Of a stretch of 53,511 nucleotides of DNA, positions 46,301 through 53,511 are shown in pieces. The stretch comes from Hydrolagus colliei (taxonomy: Eukaryota), in NCBI GenBank assembly GCA_035084275.1, contig JAYJKW010000147.1, positions 124,001 through 177,511 of the forward strand. The letters run 5' to 3'. The first letter of the stretch is position 1, and the number at the start of each line of letters is the position of its first letter. The position numbers were made by a program, and so were the translations under genes. Below the pieces are notes generated by a model. The model was not told where the DNA came from, did no database searches, and worked only from the letters and a program-made list of their open reading frames with translations.

Positions 46301-49300
46301 GACCTCCTACCCCCCTGGTCTTCCACCCACAGTGACCCTGAAGCAGTTTTCCAGCTGCTCCATGATCACGTCTCCTCCACCTTCAACTCTCTCGTCCCCT
46401 TGAAATCCAAGTCTATTTCCAACCCCACCCGCTCCCCGTGGTACAACACTCACCTCCGCTACCTCACGTGCCAAAACCGGCTGCTCAAGCGCAGGTGGCA
46501 GAAAACCAGCCTCACGGTTCACCGCCAACTGTGGCTTGAGCAATTCCTCAGGAAAAACTTCTTCACTCAGAGTGTAGTGAATTCATGGAATTCTCTATCC
46601 CAAAAGCTGTGGATGCTCAGTCCTTGAACATAATCAAGACTGAGATTGATAGATATCTTGTGGATCAAGGAATTAATCGATATGGTGATAAGGCGGGTAG
46701 GTGGAGCTGGAATAGATCAGCCATGATCTTATTGAATGGAGGGGTAGCTCGAAGGGCTGAATGGCCTACTCGTGTTCCTAATTCTTATTCTCACTCTTTC
46801 TCTCTACAACTGCCTCTTTCTCTCTCTCACTCTGTGTGTCTTTCTCTTTCAGTCTATCTCCCTGTTTCCCTCTGTCTCTCTCTCCCTGACTCTCTCTCAC
46901 ACTGTCTCTCTCTATCATTGTCTCTTTCTCTGTCACTGCGTCTCTCACTTTCTTGTTATCTCTCCATCTCTCTCTATGTGTGTCTCTCGCCCTCTGTCCC
47001 CTCTATGTTTGTGTGTCTCTCTCTCTCTGCCTCTCTCTGTCTTACTCTACCTCTCGCCAACCCCCTCTCTCTCTCTCTGTCTCTCTCTCAGTCACTGTCT
47101 CTCTCTCATTTGCTGTCTCTGTCTCTCTCTCTTCCTGTTTCTCTTACTATCTATTTCTCGTTGACAGACACATAGAGACAAAGAGAGAGAGAGATACAGA
47201 GAGAGAGTGAGAGAGATGCAGAGAGAGAGTGAGAAAAACACAGAGAGGCACACAGAAAGAGAGCGAGTGGAGGTTAAGAGAGACAAGTNNNNNNNNNNNN
47301 NNNNNNNNNNNNNNNNNNNNNNNNNNNNNNNNNNNNNNNNNNNNNNNNNNNNNNNNNNNNNNNNNNNNNNNNNNNNNNNNNNNNNNNNNNNNNNNNNNNN
47401 NNNNNNNNNNNNNNNNNNNNNNNAGAGAGAGGAGTCACAGAGAAAGAGACAAAGAAAAAGGAGAGGGTCAAAGAGAGAGAGAGATAGAGAGAGAGACAGT
47501 GATTTACTGTGAGGTTACCAGGTCTCAGAGCCTTCTCGCCGTGTTTCAGAAATATCTGTAGCCACTTGACACAAATATGCTCCACGTAATCTTCCAATAA
47601 TCAATGCACTCTGGTTTCTTGTCCCACTGGTTCTTGGTGATGACGGCGTGCCCACTCCGGGCCACCCAGACCTTCTTCATCAAGTCAAAGGTGATGAAGT
47701 CTTTCCCATCGTACGCATACTGCCAGATCTCCCTAACACTGCCATCATCACTCACCTCACAGCCGTACATCCTCTGGATAGTGTGGACACCTGTAACACA
47801 AACACAGTGACCATCACACCCACACCCACACACACAGTGACCCTCACACGCACACATACTGTGACCCTCACACACACAGTGAACCTCACACATACAAACA
47901 CGCACAGTGACCCTCACACACACACAGTGACCGTCACATACACACACACTGCGACCCTCATAGACAGTGACCCTCACACACTACAGTGACCCTCACACAC
48001 AGTGACCTTCACACACACGTAGTCACGCTCACGTCAGTGAGCCTCACACGCAGTGACCCTCACACGCAGTAACACTCACACACACAGTAACCCCCCAACA
48101 CAAAGTGACCCTCACACACACAGTGACCCTCACACAAAACACAGACACACACGCAGTGACCCTCACACAACAGTGACCCTCACACACAGTAACCCTCAGA
48201 CACACAGTAACCCCCACACACAAAGTGACCCTCACACACACAGTGACCCTCACACACACGTAGTCACGCTCACGCAGTGAGCCTCACACGCAGTGACCCT
48301 CACACACACAGTAACCCTCACACCACACAGTAACCCTCACACACACAGTAACCCCCACACACAAACAGTGACCCTCACACACTCAGTGACCCTCACACAC
48401 ACTGACCCTCACACACACAGTGACCCTCACACACACAGTGACCCTCACATACAGTGACCCTCACACACACGTAGTCACGCTCACGCAATGACCTCGCACG
48501 CAGTAACCTTCACCCACACAGTGACCCTCACACACACAGTGACCCCCCCACACACAGTGACCCTCACACACACAGTAACCCTCACACTCACAGTGACTCT
48601 CACACACAGTGACCCTCACACAAAGTGACCTCACACACACGCAGTGACCCTCACACACACGCAGTGACCCTCAACACACACGCAGTGACCCTCACACACA
48701 TACAGTGACCCTCACACACACGCAGTGACCCTCACACACAGTGACCCTCACACACAGTAACCCTCACACACAGTAACCCTTATACACACAGTGACCCTCA
48801 CACACACAGTGACCCTCACACACAGTAACCCTCAACACACAGTAACCCTCACACACAGTAACCCTTATACACACGTGACCCTCACACACAAAGTGACCCT
48901 CACAACACACACAATGACCATCACACAAAGTGACCCTCACACAAAGTGACCCTCACACACATGCAGTGACCCTCACATGAAGTGACCCTCACACGCAGTA
49001 ACCCTCACACACACAGAACCCTCACACACACAGTGACCCTCACACACATGCAATGACCCTCACACAAAGTGACCCTCACACAAAGTGACCAGCACACAAT
49101 TGACCCCTCACACAAAGTGACCCTCACACAGTGACCTCACACGCAGTGACCCCTCACACACAGTGACCCTCACACAAAGTGACCCTCACACAGTGACCCT
49201 CACAACACGCAGTGATCCTCACACACACGGAGTGACCCTCACACACACAGTGACCCTCACACACAGTGACCCTCACACGCAGTGACATTCACACGCAGTG

Positions 49301-51132
49301 ACCCTCACACACAGTGACCCTCACACAAAGTGACCCTCACACAAAGTGACCCTCACACGCAGTGACACTCATACATACACACAGTGACCCTCACACACAG
49401 TGACCCTCACACACAGTGATGCTCACACGCACACAGTGACCTCACACACAGTGACCCTCACACACACAGTGACCCTCACACACAGTGACCCTCACACTCA
49501 TAGTGACCCTCACACACACAGTGACCCTCACACACACAGTGACCCTCACACTCACAGTGACCCTCACACTCACAGTGACCCTCACACACAGTGACCCTCA
49601 CACACAACAAACACACACGGTGACCCTCACACACACAGTGACCCCACTGAACTAAAAAAAGAACTGGAATGCTCATCTCCCCCACAAAGTGTCGCCACCG
49701 ATTTTCCGAGTTCGCCATTTAGAGTTGGTCTTTGACCCGACGAGAGCGTGAGTGACAGGGGAGAGACGGACAGTTGAGAGAGGGACAGGGGAGAGAGGGA
49801 AGAGAGAGAGTGTGACAGGGGGAGAGAGAGAGAGAGAGAGAGAGAGAGTGACAGGGAGAGAGAGTGACAGGGGAGAGAGAGGAGAGAGAGACTGTGTGAC
49901 AGGGGAGAGAGGGACAGGGTAGAGAGGGACAGGGGAGAGAGAGTGTGACAGGGGAGAGGGACATGGGAGAGAGAGATTGTGACAGGGGAGAGAGAGGGAC
50001 AGGGGAGAGAAGGGAGAGAGAGTGTGACAAGGGAGAGAGAGGGACAGGGGAGAGAGGAGGGAAAGAGAGAGTGTGACAGGGGAGAGAGGGACAGGGGAAG
50101 AGAGGACAGGTGAGAGAGGGACAGGGAGAGAGAGTGTGTGACAGGGGAGAGAGGGCCAGGGGAGAGAGGGGAGAGAGAGAGTGTTACAGGGGAGAGAGGG
50201 GGAAAGAGATAGTGTGACAGGGGGATAGTGTGTGACAGGGGAGAGAGGAGGGAGGGTTGGGAGGATGTGGAGTCGGGATCACGTGTTAGCCTATCTCCTC
50301 AGGTGGTAAGTACCACTCTCTCTGTCTGTCTCTCTCACACTCACTCTTCTCATCTCCTCTCTCTGTGTCTCTCTGTCTGTGTCTCTCTCCTCTCTCACCC
50401 CCCCCCCCCCCCCCCCGCAAATCTATCTATATATCTGTCTGTCTGTCCTATCTATCTATTTATCGTATATTATCACATTCACTCTCTCTCCACCCCCCCC
50501 CACTGTCTCTCTCTCTCCCCCCCCCACCCTCCCTCCCTGTCACCGTCTCTCTCTCTCTTTCTCCCCACCCCCGCTTCCTCTCTGTCCTCCTGTCACTCTC
50601 CCCCTCTTCCCGTCTCTCTCTCTCTCCACCCCCACTCTCCTCCCCCCCCCCCCTGTCTCTCTCTCTACTCCCCACCTCTCCCCCTCCCACTTCCCCCCTC
50701 TCTCTGCCTCTCCCTCCACCCCTTGTATACCCATACATCTTATTTGAGGACTACGTAATATGGCGGCTTGACGGCGACACCTCGGCCTGTACATTGTGTA
50801 TGGAGATGAGCATTCCAGTTTATTTTTAGTTCAGTGAGTGACCCTCAGACACTTTACTCTCTGGTGGCTGACCTCCTGTCTCGTTGTATTGTTCCTTCAG
50901 CTCGTTCACTTTGGCTTTAAACCGCTGCTCGTCCGTCTGGATGTTCTGTGTCCGTTCCTCCAGTAATCCTCCCCCACATTCTCCTCCATCCAGCCCTGCC
51001 GGGAGACATCCCTCCCGGTGTCACTGTCATAATAATTCAATCTGCTGGTCATCCACATACCCACAGCAGTGAACTCGGGGAAGCCATGGGCTCCCTGGAC
51101 CGCGCTGTGGAAATACCGGAGAGAGTGAGAGC
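34265..51132 (-). CDS. MHC class I heavy chain, probably non-classical: exons 2-7, leader exon not visible. Four 1-nt indels in alpha1/alpha2 as assembled (assembly errors or young pseudogene).
   Basis: Six GT-AG bounded phase-1 exons in canonical order: GSHSLRYF, HTIQRMYGC...YDGKDF, C-x-ATGFYP...YSCEVDHSSL, TM, cytoplasmic YTPA, and a Ser-rich tail. Confidence 0.9.
34320..34650. repeat. Degenerate CA-rich tandem repeat (acacac..tacaggct), resuming at about 40600-40700
   Basis: The motif tacaggct(a)cac recurs on both sides of the LINE block, suggesting the LINEs inserted into one repeat tract. Confidence 0.6.
34913..35965 (-). mobile_element. 5'-truncated CR1, about 1 kb, well preserved
   Basis: ORFs 35799-35987 (PQGSVLGLLLFLIYINDLD...KFADDTKLG) and 35002-35658 (RPQLEY...ETVQRRFTRMVPGMR...FKRELDLYL). 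Tail tatcatagaatc at 34913. Confidence 0.95.
35970..37555 (+). mobile_element. L2 LINE fragment (linker, RT, internally deleted 3' end, tail)
   Basis: ORF 36560-37372: LQSGFRSAHSTETAL, FLDLSAAFDTVDH, FHMYADNIQLY. (TTG)n tail at about 37537-37552. Confidence 0.95.
37590..38320 (-). mobile_element. CR1 fragments (RT N-terminal part 37590-37985; 3' part about 37990-38320)
   Basis: SQHGFVKGKSCLTNLIEFF, VDVVYMYFQKAFDKVPHERLIRK. Confidence 0.88.
38490..39450 (+). mobile_element. 5'-truncated L2
   Basis: TCGVPQGSILGPLLFLIYT...HMYADDTQLYLS and TSRLDYFNALLASLP...IGGRAFSHYDPKLWNSLP, then tail. Confidence 0.93.
39450..39925 (-). mobile_element. Rearranged CR1 fragments
   Basis: ggacacaatactccatctgaggcc (reversed RPQMEYCVQ) and gtcatctgcaaattt (reversed KFADD). 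Confidence 0.7.
40130..40600 (-). mobile_element. L2 3' fragment
   Basis: TLTRLPIAQRIEFKILAL and reversed GLPTPASAVTPSASLSPP-type L2 C-terminus. Confidence 0.8.
40754..40789 (-). CDS. MHC class I cytoplasmic exon 6: (V)AGGKPIYTPAK
   Basis: Acceptor gtgtctctcag and donor C|gtgagt. 36 nt, phase 1-1, with the conserved cytoplasmic Tyr-x-Pro-Ala. Confidence 0.88.
41063..41185 (-). CDS. MHC class I connecting peptide / transmembrane exon 5
   Basis: (T)GGAGDDGGLKTIILVVAAAAAVVLLLVAVGVGGFIIYKKK, donor G|gtaaac. The acceptor is a NAGNAG, so the start is uncertain by 3 nt. Confidence 0.88.
41970..42230 (-). CDS. MHC class I alpha3 (Ig C1) exon 4, intact
   Basis: (V)PPKVSLFSACGSKLSCLATGFYPRAIDMQLLRNG...LPNGDGTFQLRKSLEI...YSCEVDHSSLEKPVNAVY. 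261 nt, donor A|gtaagt. Confidence 0.95.
42241..42350 (-). mobile_element. Small internal CR1 ORF2 fragment abutting the alpha3 acceptor
   Basis: LAKVDWRERLAGKIANEQWEVFKEEIVRAQNKLIPT, the CR1 endonuclease-RT linker. Confidence 0.75.
42350..43170. repeat. (CT)-rich degenerate microsatellite tract
   Basis: Direct inspection. Confidence 0.9.
43175..44375 (+). mobile_element. Degenerate CR1 (endonuclease end to RT N-terminal part)
   Basis: GQSDHNKIEF, KSYYKYINRNR..VNVGPL, and SQHGFLNGSHASQ...DFQKALNKVP-type remnants. Confidence 0.88.
44380..45530 (-). mobile_element. L2 3' fragment interrupted by a nested CR1 3' end (about 45058-45422, minus)
   Basis: Reversed L2 tail at 44385. KILILTFKAIHGLAP and LHKLQNIQNSIARVLSRTKLRDHITP. 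The nested piece has tail atagaatcatagaatt and FDRVNMEKLFPLVGESVTRGHRFKI. Confidence 0.88.
45545..46545 (+). mobile_element. L2 endonuclease-domain fragment
   Basis: LQNVRYLSNK, LGLKETWLSPND, RGSGVAII, IMGDFNLHL, ISDQFLV. Confidence 0.88.
46545..46790 (+). mobile_element. CR1 3' end
   Basis: aggaaaaacttcttcactcagagtgtagtgaattcatggaattc...agggctgaatggcctactcgtgttcctaattctt. Confidence 0.85.
46790..47500. repeat. (CT)n then (GA)n tracts with assembly gap 47289-47422
   Basis: Direct inspection; 134 N. Confidence 0.9.
47519..47790 (-). CDS. MHC class I alpha2 exon 3 (272 nt; one base missing near 47590-47594)
   Basis: GVHTIQRMYGCEVSDDGSVREIWQYAYDGKDFITFD...ITKNQWDKKPECIDYWK, then shifted frame DYVEHICVKWLQIFLKHGEKALRP. 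Acceptor tgtgttacag, donor G|gtaacc. Confidence 0.93.
47800..49644. repeat. About 1.85-kb minisatellite, unit about (CA)2-4CAGTGACCCT (14-18 bp), in class I intron 2
   Basis: Continuous array of cacacagtgaccct variants. Confidence 0.95.
49645..50836. mobile_element. Non-autonomous TIR DNA transposon (MITE-like), 35-36 bp TIRs, 8-bp TSD AGTGACCC
   Basis: Left TIR CACTGAACTAAAAAAAGAACTGGAATGCTCATCTCC; right TIR (reverse complement) CACTGAACTAAAAATAAACTGGAATGCTCATCTCC. AGTGACCC at 49637-49644 and 50837-50844. No transposase. Confidence 0.82.
50873..51132 (-). CDS. MHC class I alpha1 exon 2 (260 nt; three 1-nt indels, net -1)
   Basis: GSHSLRYFHSAVQGAHGFPEFTAVG / YVDDQQIE / YYDSDTGRDVSRQGWMEENVGEDYW / EERTQNIQTDEQRFKAKVNELKEQYNETG. 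Acceptor ctccctgttccag, donor G|gtcagc, N86 sequon NET. Confidence 0.92.
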
Positions 51133-51177
51133 CTGGAACAGGGAGAGAGAGTACGTGAGGGACGGAGAATGTCTGAC

Positions 51178-51262
51178 GGGCGGGACAACCAATCAGCGGA
51201 GAGAGTGGGCCACGCCACAGCCAATCAGCGGGGAGAGAGGCCAGAGCACAGCCAATCAGCTG
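51178..51262 (+). promoter_or_regulatory. GC box plus three CCAAT (NF-Y/Y-box) motifs spaced 32 and 31 bp
   Basis: GGGCGG at 51178. CAACCAATCAGCG, CAGCCAATCAGCG and CAGCCAATCAGCT have CCAAT at 51189, 51221 and 51252, and read CTGATTGG on the class I sense strand. Confidence 0.5.
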
Positions 51263-51294
51263 GGAGAGAGGCCAGAGCACACAACAACACACAA

Positions 51295-52646
51295 AGACAG
51301 TTTAGACATAGATAGACAGAGAGAGTGGGAGACGAGAGACGGAGATAGAGGAGACGACAAGACAGACACAAAGACAGAGAGGGAGAGACAGATAGACAGA
51401 CGAGAGGGAGAGACAGACAGACTCACAGATAGACAGACAGAGAGGGAGAGACAGACAGACACACAGACAGATAGGACAGACAAAGAGGGAGAGACAGATA
51501 GACAGACAGAAGAGAGGAGAGAAAGACGGACAGACAGATAGAGAGAGAGGGAGAGAAAGACAGACAGAGAGAGAGGGAGAGAGAGATAGACAGAGTGAGA
51601 NNNNNNNNNNNNNNNNNNNNNNNNNNNNNNNNNNNNNNNNNNNNNNNNNNNNNNNNNNNNNNNNNNNNNNNNNNNNNNNNNNNNNNNNNNNNNNNNNNNN
51701 NNNNNNNNNNNNNNNNNNNNNNNNNNNNNNNNNNNNNNNNNNNNGAGAGACAAACAGACAGAGAGAGGGAGAGACAGATAACAGAGAGAGAGGAAAGACA
51801 GACAGAGAAAGAGAGGGAGAGACAGACAGACACGGAGAGAGGCAGAGACACAGACAGACACTGAGAGAGGGAGAGACAGATAAACAGAGAGAGAGAGGGA
51901 GAGACAGACAGACAAAGAGAGAGGGAGAGACAGATAAGCAGAGAGAGAGGGAGAGACAAACAGACACAGAGAGAGGGAGAGACAGACACAGAGAGAGGGA
52001 GAGACAGACAGGCAGGCAGGCAGACAGACAGGGGGAGACACAGAGAGAGAGAGGAAACAGAGCGAGGGAGACAGGGAGAGAGACAGAAAGAGAGAGGGCC
52101 AGAGCGAGGGAGACAGAGAGATGGAAAGAGCGAGGGAGACAGAGAGAGATACAGACAGAGAGCGGGAGACAGACAGAGAGGGAGACAGACAGAGAGAGAG
52201 AGACAGATGGGGTGAGGGTGGGTGGGAGTGACAGGGGGAGAGATAGAGACAGACAGAGGAAGATGGAGACAGAGGGAGAGACAGAGAGAGGGAGGGAGAA
52301 ACAAAGAGACCGAGAGGAAGAAAGACATATAGAGAAGGGGACAGACAGAGGGAGAGAGGGGGAAAGGGAGATAGACAAAGACAGAGAGGGAGACAGACAG
52401 ACAGAGGAGGAGAGAGGGAGAGAGATAGAAAGAGAAGACGAGAGGGGGAGTGAGAAGGAGAGAGACAGACAGAGCGAGGGAGAGACACGAAGACAGAGCG
52501 AGAGTGTGAGAAAGACGGAGAGAGATGGAGACAGAGAGACACAAACAGAGAGACAGAGAGAGGGGGACAGGCAGCGAGAGAGACAGAGAGAGAGATGTGA
52601 GAGGCACAGAGATGGAGAGGATGACAGAAAGAGAGAGACAGACAGC

Positions 52647-52678
<32 letters not shown>

Positions 52679-53511
52679 GGACATACAGAAANNNNNNNNN
52701 NNNNNNNNNNNNNNNNNNNNNNNNNNNNNNNNNNNNNNNNNNNNNNNNNNNNNNNNNNNNNNNNNNNNNNNNNNNNNNNNNNNNNNNNNNNNNNNNNNNN
52801 NNNNNNNNNNNNNNNNNNNNNNNNTGGAAAGAGACAGAAAGAGAGACACAGGCTGGCAGGCAGGCAGACAGACAGACGGACGAAGACAGAGAGAGACAGT
52901 AACACAGAGAGAGAGAGTAACACAGAGGGAGAGACAGTAACATAGAGAGAGAGTAACACAGAGAGAGAGACAGTAACACAGAGAGAGAGAGTAACACAGA
53001 GAGAGAGTAACACACACAGAGAGAGAGAGTATCACAGAGAGAAAGAGAGACAATAACACACGGAGAGAGAGAGAGAGAGATTAACACAGAGAGAGACAAT
53101 AACATAGAGAAACAGTAACAAAGAGAGAGAGAGACAGAAACACAGAGAGTGTAACAGAGAGAGAGAGAGACAGTAACACACAGGGAGAGAGACAGTAGCA
53201 CAACACACAACACACATAGAGAGAAGAGAGAACACAGAGAGAGAGAGACAATAACACAGGGAGACAGTAACAGAGAGAGAAAGAGAGAGAGAGAGAGAGA
53301 ATACTACAGAGAGAGACAGTAACACAGAGAGAGACAATAACAGAGTCAGGTAACATAGAGAGAGAGAGAGAAACACACAGAGAGAGAGACAGTATCACAG
53401 AGAGAGAGACAGTAACACAATAGAGAGACAATAACACACAGAGAGACAATAACAGAGCGAGAGAGAGAGTAACACAGAGAGAGAAAGTAGCAGAGAGAGA
53501 AAGAGAGAGAA
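51295..53511. repeat. (GA)/(GACA)-rich degenerate satellite with gaps 51601-51744 and 52692-52824
   Basis: Direct inspection. This is the source of the spurious 585-596 aa Leu/Ser ORFs. Confidence 0.95.

Noticed and set aside
1735-46790. Autonomous, intact LINE
   Set aside because: Every CR1 and L2 copy is truncated or carries stops and frameshifts; none has a full ORF2.
47800-49644. CRISPR-like array
   Set aside because: Eukaryotic context, no unique spacers and no cas genes; it is a simple minisatellite.
50906-51292. ORF extension upstream of GSHSLRYF as a fused leader peptide
   Set aside because: It starts at GTG, runs through the CCAAT triplication, and a good acceptor sits directly before GSH. 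The real leader exon is probably outside the window or in a gap.
51256-53213. Three 585-596 aa minus-strand ORFs
   Set aside because: They are translations of (CT)/(CTGT) satellite across N gaps and have Leu/Ser/Val/Cys low complexity only.

Overview
Eukaryotic genomic DNA, very probably from a cartilaginous fish. This is inferred from the CR1, L2, Penelope and Deu-type SINE content, the GPR139-like receptor family, and the style of the MHC class I sequence. The window has three N gaps. Left part (+ strand): a tandem cluster of two-exon GPR139-like class A GPCR genes in birth-and-death decay. It comprises the 3' end of copy A (1-478), pseudogene B (8831-12183), exon-2 fragment C (14823-15036), intact 322-aa gene D (15282-15345 + 17743-18647), orphan exon-1 copy E (22337-22400) and exon-2 stubs F (33411, 33991-34083). 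Right part (- strand, convergent): an MHC class I heavy-chain gene whose exons I reconstructed by hand: alpha1 50873-51132, alpha2 47519-47790, alpha3 41970-42230, TM 41063-41185, cytoplasmic 40754-40789 and 34264-34311, and a possible 3'UTR exon at about 28855-29404. The leader exon is not in view. The gene lacks 3 of the 8 classical peptide-anchor residues, so it looks non-classical. It also carries four single-base indels that may be assembly errors. The rest of the window is LINE fragments, a short tRNA-derived SINE, simple repeats and minisatellites. The most unusual observations are a signal-peptide-like 35-codon ORF in front of the GPCR genes, GPCR remnants interleaved with the class I gene, a TIR element with an 8-bp TSD and a CACAGTG minisatellite in class I intron 2, and three NF-Y boxes just upstream of the alpha1 exon. 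All of these are hypotheses that need the stated checks. Repeat boundaries are approximate.
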